Source: Azolla caroliniana | Taxonomy: Eukaryota > Plantae > Polypodiophyta | DNA length: 64,000 nt | NCBI GenBank assembly: GCA_043228905.1 | Contig: JBHGNT010000016.1 | Location: 4,030,001 to 4,094,000, forward strand | Reading direction: 5' to 3' | Part shown: piece after piece, positions 25,701-36,677 of the stretch | How positions within the stretch are numbered: position 1 is the first letter of the stretch | How the letters are laid out: the number at the start of each line of letters is the position of its first letter | Position numbers and translations under genes: made by a program | The notes under the pieces: generated by a model | Told to the model about the DNA's origin: nothing | The model's database searches: none | What the model saw: only the letters and a program-made list of their open reading frames with translations

Positions 25701-28308
25701 TTTGAGCTCCCGTAGCGTTCTGTCGGTGAAGGTGTGTCCTAAGTAGGCCGGATCTCGTAAACTGGGGTCCGACACGACCCCCTTGATTCGCAACTCGCTG
25801 CCCTCCGGTAAGGGTGCCGCGACTGGCCTTACCTTCCGGTCCACAGTCTTGTACTTCGTGTTAACCCGGGCCGTCCAATCCGACTCGAGCCCTCGACTGA
25901 AGTCCGCGATGACTTCGTACATCTCTTCTGAACAAACCGGTATCGTCCGGTCCTCTTTAAGGCCCTCTCCGACCACCTCTCGCAGTATTCCCAAGGTATC
26001 GTCGAAGGAGACCGCCTCCACGGCTCCGTTGATTTCCTCGTTGGGCCCGAGAACTCCGAACGCCCGAAGTCGCTTTTCTACCCTTGTCTTTTCTCGGCCT
26101 ACGATGCCGACTATCGTACGCCCTCTGTTGTCGGAGAAACAAAACTTCCTACTTATGGTACAAGGTTTCTTCGGTTTCGCTTCTATCGTACATTTGTGGG
26201 GTTTTCCCGGAGTGTCCGGACTGTCGTGGCCCCACGCCTTGGCAGCCCTCTCTAAAAATCCTCTCGGTTCTCGCCACCGAGGGACTCGTGGTTTCGCTCG
26301 TGGTTCGGTCACACCGTCAGGAACTGGACCGAATGACGCCCGTCCTGACTCTTGACCCTCGCGTAAGCCGACCCGTTGTCCAGCACCTTGGTCTCCATTC
26401 GCGCTGCCGTTATGTACGGTTCTCCCAGTATGACCAGGTGCGAGGACGTCTCCTGCACAAAGAAGTGTTGGTCTATCTCGACATCGCCGATCTTGACTCG
26501 CACGTTTGGGCAAGCCCCGTGTAGTTCCTCGGTGGCGCGCGTCGCCGCCCGTATCTTCCACCCGTGCTTAGTGTTGATCGGCCATTTCCCCTTCTTGTAG
26601 AAGTCCATGGACATCAGGTTTATTTCCGAACCGTGGTCCACTAGCGCCACCACCGGTTCCTGAACATCTCCGATCTTCACCGGGGTTTCTGTGGTCGCTC
26701 GGGCCCAGTCTGGCCTCGAATAGTGGCTCTCCGCCCACTCGTCTTCCAGCGCCATGTCCTCTATGTGCGTTGTCCGCACCTCCACCGGCCTTTCCAGTTC
26801 TGCCTTCGTCAACAGCCTCTTCCTCTTCACCAAGTCCACGATGGAGTCGTGGAACTCCTGCTTGGCGATTCCGAGCACCTCCGGCAACGACAGTTCCACT
26901 TTGCTGTCGAGGATTCGTTCTTCCAGGACCTTTCGTAGGTCCGTGGTCCTTTCGATCTCCGTGCCCAAACGGTACCCGCCCTTCTTTTGGTTATCCGGGG
27001 CACTGGACTCACCGGCCTCGTTCCATTTCGGCCCATATCGGGTTTCGTATCTCTGTGAGGGTCCGGCCCCTCCAGTTTTACCTACTCGTTTGTCTTCAAC
27101 CAGAGCCTCGTAGTTCTGGCAAGCTGCTTCGACGAAACCCGTCTTTTCTTCGACCGGGTCACTCCACCCGGTTACCTCCTGGACCCGCTTCTCCGTGCGG
27201 TCCGCCTGGTCTCTCTTTAGTCGGGCACCGGCGAGGCCTTCCAACACCGTCGGCCAGAACCCGGCTTTGCTCTCCTTCCGGGCCTCGCTGCCTCCAACCG
27301 GAATACCGGCTGACACTAGGTAGTGGACGGTCTCCGCGTGCCGGGTTGCCGCCTCTTCCATCAGCCTTTTCATTCCTCCTCGCCCGTCGTTTCAGTTCAG
27401 GGTCCTCCGGGTATCGCTGGCGTGCACCCGACCTTCCCACAGGTACACTACCCGGCTTCTCAAAGCCTCCATAAAGTCCCCGCAGTCTTTCCGGATGTGG
27501 CCGACCTCGTCGCACCACATGCACCTACTTCCTGCCGGCGGCCGTCGGTCACGAGCCTGATCGCCGCCTTCCCTCCGAGCCTGGGCGATCTGGAGATCCT
27601 TTACCGCTCGTCTCAACTCCTCCAAAGCTGTTCCCCCGGATGAGCCTCTGACCACGCCGGTCGAAGCCGAACCGGTTTCGAGCCACTCCCGGGTCTCTTC
27701 CCTTTGCACCTGCAGTATCAGTTCGAGCTTCCTTGTTGCGACAGGTCCCGCCCCGGTCGCCTCTGTATTAGCCCACTCCCACCGTTTGTCAAAACGGCCG
27801 CAGACTCTTTTTACTGCGGCCCAGTCGGCCGTCAGCCCGTCTTCGGTTTCCAGTAAGGAGCCAACTTGCCCCCGATCCCGTGCGTTAACCGATTTGACAA
27901 ACAATAGGACACGACTTGTGTCCAGAATGGTCCGATCGAGCGCTGAAAGGCACGCAAAGTGTTCCTCAAACTCCCAGAGGAGTACCGACGCATTTCTTCC
28001 TTTGTTGGGGGACTCCACCCACTCCATGAAGCCCCACTTCGAAAGTCGAAGCGCGTCATCCAGCCCGTATTTCTCCAGGAGCCGTCCTTCGAACTCCTCC
28101 CAGGTCCGGCTCTCTGCCCGGACTTCGAGCACCTCCGCATGGATGCCGGGCATCGCCACTCGAGGGAATCCGGCAAGACCCCTCTCTTCCGGAATATCCC
28201 TCATCAACATCTCCGCCCGGTAGGATGCCAAATAACTCGTGGCATCCTTTCCACTAAACCGGCCGATCATACCGACGATCGCCTCAATAGCCCTGTCAAG
28301 GGCGTCGG
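22794..28308 (-). pseudogene. Gypsy A gag-pro and pol remnants
   Basis: Fragments 27392-28321 (gag), 26309-27373 (protease), 24885-26561 (RT), 24192-24833 (RNase H), 22794-23936 (integrase). Confidence 0.9.
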
Positions 28309-31300
28309 TGTTGGGAATCAACGCTTCGATTCACCTTCTTCACTCAGCCACAACCGAGTAAGCGCGAATCAATGGAGCAGAAAATAGGAACCACAAAGAG
28401 AAACAAAACGCGAACACACAGGGATTAACGTGGAAAACCCTAGACGGGAAAAACCACGGGAGTACAGGACTCCAAACTAACACTATACAGAGAAGTATAC
28501 AATGGCGAGCTGCAAGGCGACGACCTTGAGCTCGCTGTCCTCGCCACAGGAGGCGGAAATACAAAGAGGCGTCGTCCTCTTCCTCTCTCACGCTCTATCT
28601 CTCTCTCTCTCTCACGGTTGCTCCCTCTTCACTCCTCTTGAGTGGAAAAACAGAAAAAATGATTAGCAACAACAAAGCTGTTTGCCCTAAGTCATATTTA
28701 TACATATATGACTTTGGGGCTATTTACAACTATAGCCTCAGGGGCCCATAGCGAACATATTCACGGATATGTCCCTGCATCCGGATCGCTCTCCGGGTAC
28801 ATTCGTCATCCGGCACCGAAGCCGGGGTCTTCAACATCCGGATCCGAAACCGAAACCGGGCTCGTCGGCTTTCATCTCCGACATCCGACCATCCCATCTG
28901 AAGGGATCATAATCCCAACAAACTCCCCCTTCACTTCGGCATGGGATGTCTTTCCAATCCGATCCTCTTCCGGCATGCTTCCAGCTTGTCGGGTGTGAGG
29001 ACCTTGGTCAGCATATCCGATCCGTTCTCGTCCGTGTGGATCTTTGTCAGCACGAACTCCTTGTCTTCTATCCTTTCCCGGATCCAGTGATATCTTCGCT
29101 GGATGTGCTTCGTCCGGGAGTGATAGGCCGCGTTCTTAGCAAGGTGGATTGCACTCTGACTGTCACAGTAGAGTCGGTACTCCTCCTGCCGGATACCGAG
29201 CTCTCTAATGAAGTCCTTCATCCATATTACTTCCTTGCCGGCTTCAACAGCCGCCATGTACTCTGCCTCCGTAGTTGACAACGCAACCGTCTTCTGCAGT
29301 CTCGACTGCCATGAAACAGCTCCCCCTGCATACGTCATCACATACCCTGATGTGGACCGGCTGGTATCTGCATCAGCCGACATATCCGAATCGGTAAAGC
29401 CGTCGAGTTCGGGCTTACCGGAGCCGAATCGGAGGCACACATTTGTCGTGCCCTTCAGGTATCGGAGTATCCACTTGGCCGCGTTCCAATGCTCTTTGCC
29501 GGGATTGCTCATGTACCGGCTCACCACTCCGACTGCATATCCGATGTCCGGTCTCGTACACACCATGGCGTACATCAAGCTCCCGACAACTGAGGCATAC
29601 GGCACTTTCATCATATCCTCCTTTTCAGTCTTTGTCTTGGGACTTTGCTTGCTGGACAGTTTGCAGTTTTCCGGGAGGGTCGATCCGACCGGTCTTGCTT
29701 CCGACATGTTGAACCGGTGAAGCACCTTCGTCACGTACTTCTCCTGTGACAGCCACAACTGCTTCTTCTTCCGGTCCCGGATGATGTGCATCCCTAGTAT
29801 TTGCCTCGCCGAACCCAAGTCCTTCATTGAGAAGGTTCGGTGAAGAGCCTTCTTCAGCATCCGTATCTTGACCTGGTCCCGTCCGACGATCAACATGTCG
29901 TCCACGTACAGGAGGAGTATTAGGAAGTCTCCTCCTTCGAACTTCTTCACAAACACGCAGTGGTCGGACTGCGTTTTGAGGTACCCTTCGTCGGTCATGA
30001 AGGAGTCGAATTTCCGGTACCATTGCCGGGGAGCCTGCTTCAGTCCGTAAAGGCTCTTCTTCAACCGGCATACCAGGTGCTCCTTCCCTTTCTTCTCGAA
30101 TCCTTCCGGTTGCTGCATGTAGATCTCTTCATCGAGGTCACCGTGAAGGAATGCCGTCTTCACGTCCATCTGTTCTACCTCGAGGTCCATGCTTGCCGCT
30201 ATGCTCAGCACCGTCCGGATGGAGGTCATCTTCACTACCGGGGCAAATATCTCGTCGAAGTCGACGCCCTTCTTCTGCTGAAACCCCTTCACCACGATCC
30301 TGGCTTTGTATCTCGGGGGGTTTCCGGCATCTCCCGGTTTCAGCTTGAACACCCACTTGTTTCGAAGTGCCCGCTTTCCTTTCGGCAACTCCACAAGTTC
30401 ATATGTGTGGTTCTCATGCAGGGAATCCATCTCGTCCTGCATGGCACTCAACCACCTGCGGCTCTGGGTGTCGTGCTTTGCTTCTTCAAAGCTCTCCGGC
30501 TCCCCCTCGTCGGTTAGCAGCATGTGCTCTGGGTCTGGAAATCTCCGGGGGGCCCTCCTCTCTCTTAGAGGATATCTCCGTTCGGGAGCTTCGGTAACCG
30601 GTTCTTCCGATTCTTCTTCTTCATCCGAATCCATTTCGGGATCGGGGCCGGTTCCGGTATCATTTTCATCTTCTTCGGCCGGTTCTGTTTCTTCACCGTC
30701 TTCGGCCGGATCCTCGAGTGCTAACCGGTCCCTTGCCGGTCGGGACTGCTCCTCATAAAGTTGATCCTCACCGGTTGACTTGCAGCTCTTCATCTTCTTC
30801 TCCGACTCCCAGTCGGCGAGTGTCTTGTTCTCCATGAAGATGATATCACGACTCCGGAATATCTTCTTGTCAACCGGGTCCCATACTCGGTAGCCGAACT
30901 CGTCATCGTCGTAACCGAGGAATATGCATGGCCGGGTCTTTGGATCTAGCTTTCCTCTCCGGTCCTTTGCCACATGCACGTATGCGAGACACCCGAACAC
31001 CTTCAGATGCCGGTAGGACACTTCCTTACCGGTCCACACTTTCTGCGGCGTGTCTCCGTCCAAAGGTACTGAGGGTGATCTGTTTATCACGTATGTCGCC
31101 GTCGACATTGCCTCAGCCCAAAACCCCTTGGGTAATTTCGCATGCGCCAGCATACTCCGGACCCTCTCCATTATGGTCCGGTTCATCCTCTCAGCCAGCC
31201 CGTTCAGTTCCGGCGTCTTCGGCACAGTAAACTCGAGTCGGATTCCCTTCGAGCGACAGTACTCCTGGAACTGCCCCCGGTATTCCCCTCCGTTATCCGC

Positions 31301-33649
31301 TCGTATCGCTTTCAGCTTCTTGCCGGATTCCCTTTCCACTCTCGCGTGGAGTTCTTTGAAGACGCACAACACTTGGTCCTTTGTCTTCATCGGTGCCGTC
31401 CACAATTTTCGGCTATGATCATCGATGAATGTTACGAAGTACTGGGCTCCGCCATGTGACTTCGTTTCTACCTGACACACATCAGTGTGCACCAACTCCA
31501 ATGGTGCGCTACGTCTCGTCGGTGGCCTTGAGTGGAAGGAGGTTCGGTTCTGCTTACCGGCCAGGCAATCGGTGCACTTCTCCAGGTGCACATGCTTCAC
31601 TGGGATAAGGTTGTCTTCTGCAAGCCTCTTCATCCCCTTCTCACTCATGTGGCACAGTCTTTTGTGCCACAGCTCACCGGCAGTGTCGGCTGCCACATTC
31701 AGCTCTTCCGGACATAACCGGGCATTCATCAGGTACAGTGTGTTGTCTTTCCGGGCCCGAGCCACTATCAGGCTCCCCTTGCTGAACTTCATTACGCCGT
31801 TCCGGATGCTACCTGTGTAGCCTTCATCGTCTAGCCTCCCGGCCGAAATCAGGTTCAATCGAACCTCCGGAACGTGTCGGACATCCTTCAGCAGCATTTT
31901 GCATCCGGTCGGGGTTGTCAACCACACGTCTCCTATGCCGGCAATCCGGCACGTACCTTCATTTCCCATCCGAACACAGCCATGCTCACCGGCTGTGTAG
32001 GATGAGAAGTATCTTCTCTCCGGGGTCAGGTGGAACGATGCTCCGGAATCGACCACCCAAGTCGTCTCATCGCCGGCAACGTTTAGTTCACCTTCTTCGG
32101 TGATGAGCATGATTTCTTCCTCACTTGCCGCGAGTGCCGTTGTTCCTTTCCGGTCCTGCCCTCGCCGATCCGAACCTCTCCAGTCTGTGGCTCCCCGGTA
32201 TGCACCGTTTCTCTCCGGTGACTTCTTCGAATCGGTGTCGTCGGCTCCGTTGTCTTTTCGGTAATGCCGACAATTCTTTCGGAAGTGCCCCGGTTTCCCA
32301 CAGTGGAAGCATGTGGGCCTTCCTCTTGACTGCGACCGGGTCCCCGACTTCTCCCGTCTTTGCGGACTCCGGTTCCATTGTCTTCCCCGATCCGATTCGG
32401 TAAGCAGCGCCTTCGGGTCGGAGGCCGGTTCTTTATCTCTCCGACGCGCTTCTTCGTTCAAAATACTTGTCTTTACCGTTTGCAAGGACAAGTTATCTTC
32501 TGTGCAGGAGGTGCTGAGAGTCACCACCAAGTTCTCCCAGCTTTCCGGCAATGTACACATCAGGATGATGGCTTGCATTGCATCCTCCAACGGGAACTTG
32601 ATCGCCGCAAGCTGATTCACGAATCCCATGAACGTGCTTACGTGTTCCACCATACTCTCGCCGTCCCGGTACTTGAGATTCACTATCTTCCTCATCAGGG
32701 AGGTCCGGTTCAACGCATTTTTCCTCTCGTAGAGGCCCGACAGCTTCTTCCACATCTCATATGCGTTGGTGTCGTTCGCCACATGTTGTAGGACGCTTAC
32801 ATCGACATATTGTCGGATCGTCGCTACGGCTTTCCGGTTCAGGAGCTTCCACTCCGACTCAAGTACCCCCTTCGGTATTTCCGACCTGTCAATCGGTTCA
32901 TACAGGTCCCGAACAATCAGAAGATCCTCCATCTTGATCTTCCAGTCGGCGTAATTCTGCGCATTCAGCACCATCATCCCCGGCTGCCCGCTGCCGCCGC
33001 CTTCCATTTTCTGCAGCAGTTCGCTCTGATACCAGTTTGTTGGGAATCAACGCTTCGATTCACCTTCTTCACTCAGCCACAATCGAGTAAGCGCGAATCA
33101 ATGGAGCAGAAAATAGGAACCACAAAGAGAAACAAAACGCGAACACACAGGGATTAACGTGGAAAACCCTAGACGGGAAAAACCACGGGAGTACAGGACT
33201 CCAAACCAACACTATACAGAGAAGTATACAATGGCGAGCTGCAAGGCGACGACCTTGAGCTCGCTGTCCTCGCCACAGGAGGCGGAAATACAAAGAGGCG
33301 TCGTCCTCTTCCTCTCTCACGCTCTATCTCTCTCTCTCTCTCACGGTTGCTCCCTCTTCACTCCTCTTGAGTGGAAAAACAGAAAAAATGATTAGCAACA
33401 ACAAAGTTGTTTGCCCTAAGTCATATTTATACATATATGACTTTGGGGCTATTTACAACTATAGCCTCAGGGGCCCATAGCGAACATATTCACGGATATG
33501 TCCCTGCATCCGGATCGCTCTCCGGGTACATTCGTCATCCGGCACCGAAGCCGGGGTCTTCAACATCCGGATCCGAAACCGAAACCGGGCTCGTCGGCTT
33601 TCATCTCCGACATCCGACCATCCCATCTGAAGGGATCATAATCCCAACA
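28309..33649 (-). mobile_element. Intact Copia LTR retrotransposon B (Tnt1/Tork-like); LTRs 28309-28920 and 33038-33649
   Basis: 612-bp LTRs differing at ~3 sites; 5-bp TSD GTCGG; iMet PBS TGGTATCAGAGC (33023-33034); PPT at 28921-28930. Confidence 0.97.
28931..33007 (-). CDS. Copia gag-pol polyprotein, 1358 aa
   Basis: Uninterrupted ORF with CCHC knuckle, DSGAS protease, integrase DDE core, RT YVDD and RNase H. Confidence 0.95.
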   Translation of the reverse strand: MEGGGSGQPGMMVLNAQNYADWKIKMEDLLIVRDLYEPIDRSEIPKGVLESEWKLLNRKAVATIRQYVDVSVLQHVANDTNAYEMWKKLSGLYERKNALNRTSLMRKIVNLKYRDGESMVEHVSTFMGFVNQLAAIKFPLEDAMQAIILMCTLPESWENLVVTLSTSCTEDNLSLQTVKTSILNEEARRRDKEPASDPKALLTESDRGRQWNRSPQRREKSGTRSQSRGRPTCFHCGKPGHFRKNCRHYRKDNGADDTDSKKSPERNGAYRGATDWRGSDRRGQDRKGTTALAASEEEIMLITEEGELNVAGDETTWVVDSGASFHLTPERRYFSSYTAGEHGCVRMGNEGTCRIAGIGDVWLTTPTGCKMLLKDVRHVPEVRLNLISAGRLDDEGYTGSIRNGVMKFSKGSLIVARARKDNTLYLMNARLCPEELNVAADTAGELWHKRLCHMSEKGMKRLAEDNLIPVKHVHLEKCTDCLAGKQNRTSFHSRPPTRRSAPLELVHTDVCQVETKSHGGAQYFVTFIDDHSRKLWTAPMKTKDQVLCVFKELHARVERESGKKLKAIRADNGGEYRGQFQEYCRSKGIRLEFTVPKTPELNGLAERMNRTIMERVRSMLAHAKLPKGFWAEAMSTATYVINRSPSVPLDGDTPQKVWTGKEVSYRHLKVFGCLAYVHVAKDRRGKLDPKTRPCIFLGYDDDEFGYRVWDPVDKKIFRSRDIIFMENKTLADWESEKKMKSCKSTGEDQLYEEQSRPARDRLALEDPAEDGEETEPAEEDENDTGTGPDPEMDSDEEEESEEPVTEAPERRYPLRERRAPRRFPDPEHMLLTDEGEPESFEEAKHDTQSRRWLSAMQDEMDSLHENHTYELVELPKGKRALRNKWVFKLKPGDAGNPPRYKARIVVKGFQQKKGVDFDEIFAPVVKMTSIRTVLSIAASMDLEVEQMDVKTAFLHGDLDEEIYMQQPEGFEKKGKEHLVCRLKKSLYGLKQAPRQWYRKFDSFMTDEGYLKTQSDHCVFVKKFEGGDFLILLLYVDDMLIVGRDQVKIRMLKKALHRTFSMKDLGSARQILGMHIIRDRKKKQLWLSQEKYVTKVLHRFNMSEARPVGSTLPENCKLSSKQSPKTKTEKEDMMKVPYASVVGSLMYAMVCTRPDIGYAVGVVSRYMSNPGKEHWNAAKWILRYLKGTTNVCLRFGSGKPELDGFTDSDMSADADTSRSTSGYVMTYAGGAVSWQSRLQKTVALSTTEAEYMAAVEAGKEVIWMKDFIRELGIRQEEYRLYCDSQSAIHLAKNAAYHSRTKHIQRRYHWIRERIEDKEFVLTKIHTDENGSDMLTKVLTPDKLEACRKRIGLERHPMPK

Positions 33650-34770
33650 GTCGGTGCCCTCGCGCGCGCTCACTATCTGGTCCACGGCCGAAGCCATGGC
33701 CTCTGCAAGATCCGACCCCCTCATCTTCTGCTCCTCTGCCGCCTTGTTCACGTCGGGTTCACCAAATATGTCGTGTTGCTACGCGCGTGCGTGGAGAAAC
33801 GAGGCGGGACCACCGGGGTCTTGGACCGAAGAACACGTGATAGGAAGGGAAAGAGAAAGAGAGAGACGACCGGTAACGTATGAGAAAGAAACACAGGGAC
33901 ACGGCCCGTCAACGCAGAAAACACGAATGGACACAGAGACAGAGAGACACGAATGTTTGTATATTAACAGATGACACCAAAAACAACAGAGCACGCGAGC
34001 GGTTACAACCGAACAGGCTGGCGAACAGATACCAATGCCTGCTCATCTGCGCACGAAAGGGGATAGGATGGAGGTGCTGCCGGAAGCACACGGGCATTCC
34101 TCCAAGCAGCGCGAGCCTCCCGAAATCCTACAGAGAAGAGCGACGGAGAATGAACAGAGGAGAAGCGTTCGGTGAAAGTCCGACAGCACTTCGTCCTCCT
34201 CAATACGTGATACCTTTCTCCCTGCGTCTCCCTCTCCTTTATAGCGTCAAGAAGGGAGCCGTCTCCCTCATTTACTTCCTACCTACCGAATCTAACTACC
34301 CAGGATATGCTTTGTACTTAATTCCCTATTATATACATTGAAGGGCGCGCACGCGCGAAGAGCCGGTTCACGCGCGCTATGCACCGTTTGCGCCAAGGGA
34401 CGGTTTTCTTCACGACAGCGTGCACCAATGAATTCATGGATTCCACATTGTCCTATTGATTGCCATGCCTTCTACTCGAATCAAGGTTTCATAACAATCC
34501 TACTTTTATGTTTATGGTGTACTCTTTAATCTAGTTTCACATGCACTTCTTGTTTTTAATGATGTTGGCTTTTTTCCTTGGTAGTTCGATGACATGCTAA
34601 AAGATTGTGCTCCAAAGGTTTCATGGACTCCTTGTTGGCCTATTGCTTGGAATGCCTTCCGCTTGAGTCATTTCTTCATAACAACCCTATTGCTAGGTTT
34701 CTGGCCTTTACTTTAATTTTGTCCCCTAAGCATTGTCCTATTTGAAAATGATGGGTTTAATCAATAGTGA

Positions 34771-36497
34771 AAACATGTTGTTCACAAGATGAAGGATCGC
34801 GCACAAATGGAAGGATAAGGAATATTCCCTCTGATTCTAGGGCTTTTTTGGGCATGTCAGAAAACACCTTGATACCATTATCACATGTTCTTGAAAACTT
34901 GATGAAAAAGTTCAAAATTTTCACCATTTGGTAAAATTGAAAAATGTTACAATTTGGCGAGAATATGAAAAGTAACTTTGTTTATTTTTAAGGGAAAATG
35001 ACGATTAATAATTATTTAGATCTTAAGGAAATCAAATGCGAAAGATTTTCATAACAATAAAATGTTGAATAAAATCATTGAATAAAATGTTGTCTAAATC
35101 TATTACATATCATTGCACAAAATATACATTCTTGAGTTATTTGCATCATTGTGATCACTCCTTTCATGGGAGTCAGTATTATAGCTAATATACAATTTTG
35201 ACTCTTTCTCCTCATTTTCAAATGTATCAATTAAAGCATTCATTGTCTTCATCTAAAAGTAGATGGTGTCTCCAAATTATGTGTAGTAAATCTTGTTCGC
35301 CTTCAATCTAGGACACCTCCTAAACTTGGTAATTTCTCTTTTATTATGTCTATTGTTGACATCCTTAAACGTCCAACTTTTGTCAGTGTAAAGTCATACA
35401 CAATCATTACCATTGACACCATTATTTTAAAAATAGAGATTTCAGTACAATTTGATACAATGTAATGAATTCAGATTGCAATACAATTCAATACTTAGGT
35501 TCAAAGTGTTTTCATCACAATTCAATTCTTAGTATCGAGTTTAGGTGCAAAAATTTTATTTTAATTTTTTTCGGAGAAAAGAAAACTTAAACATGAATTC
35601 GATACTAAGTAATCACAACTCGAGTTGTGATTAATTAGTATCGAATTCAAGTTTCGAATTGTGATGAAACACTTTGAACCTAAGTATCGAATTGTATGAC
35701 AATCTGAATTCGTTACATTATATTGAATTGTACTGAAATCTTTGTTTTTAAAATAATTGTGTCGATGGTAATCGTTGTGTATGACTTTACACTGACAAGA
35801 GTTGGATGAGCAAGTGAGTTTCATTCACATGAGGATTATAGCCTTACCATTTTCACCAAGCATCACATGAACCAATTCCTCCATTAGTTGGCGAAATTAG
35901 GGAGCTTATTGATTTTGACGGCGAGCTCGTAGAGGACCCTACCATTGCTAGCCTATGTGGAGTAGATATTATTGCACAAATTCTGGAGGAGAGTTCTCAA
36001 AAGGAAGAAGAGGAGAGCAGTGTGGATACCTTGATAACTATGTGATATGTTCCAATGATATATTAATGTTCATGTCTAGGTTTGATAGTTTTGACAGTTC
36101 ATGAATATTGTCTACATTTTTGGAGTTTGGAGTTTATGGATGTTGATGAGCACTAAATTTATAGATGTTGATAACACTTTCAGAACATACATCTCTTCAA
36201 GATGGTGAAACCATTAATCTTTAACTTATGTTTGGACCATTGTGATTATCCTTAAGTTAAATACATTTCATATCTGTAGACCATCAACGTTTAAACATTT
36301 ATCAAAAAACTATTGAATTTTAGAAATTATAATTTTGACACTTGTTAAATCTTATAAAATCAACAAATTTTATATGTTATTTACGACATGTAATACTGGT
36401 GTATCAACTTTCTGAAAATCGCCTAAAATTGCAAGATTATAAAAGGAATCTAATAATGGAATGCACGATCCTTTCACTTTTGAACACGAACATGTTT
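34771..36497. mobile_element. Non-autonomous TIR (DNA transposon-like) element inserted in an array monomer
   Basis: Imperfect ~40-bp TIRs aaacatgtt...gaaggatcgcgca / tgcacgatcctttc...aacatgttt; monomer resumes on both sides with GA or TGA duplicated. Confidence 0.7.
35370..35808. mobile_element. Foldback/MITE-like element with ~155-bp inverted arms
   Basis: 35370-35525 is an imperfect reverse complement of ~35655-35808; AT-rich and noncoding. Confidence 0.75.
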
Positions 36498-36520
36498 GAA
36501 AGGTATCAAGATAAACCAAT

Positions 36521-36593
36521 TGGAGATGTAGGGTATCAATCCTCATACCTTTCGCATGCTAAGCGAGCGCTCTATCATTTGAGCTACATTCCC
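36521..36593 (-). pseudogene. tRNA-Ala(AGC), diverged copy (array continues past Gypsy A)
   Basis: 73-nt body with array flanks; B-box and D-loop mutations. Confidence 0.78.
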
Positions 36594-36677
36594 TTTCACA
36601 ATGTTAAATAGAGTATAGTAAGAATTGTTTTTTCATGAGAGTTCAAGGAAATAGTGGTTCCATGTGCACCAATGAAT

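Larger units (their letters stand above)
22032..34417 (-). mobile_element. Gypsy LTR retrotransposon A, full length but decayed; 3' LTR 22032-22681, 5' LTR 33769-34417; split by a Copia
   Basis: TG..CA LTRs of ~650 bp (~30 differences by eye); TSD GCGT; tRNA-Trp PBS 33747-33764; PPT at 22682-22694; order gag(CCHC)-PR(LVDHGS)-RT-RH-INT with stops and frameshifts. Confidence 0.95.
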
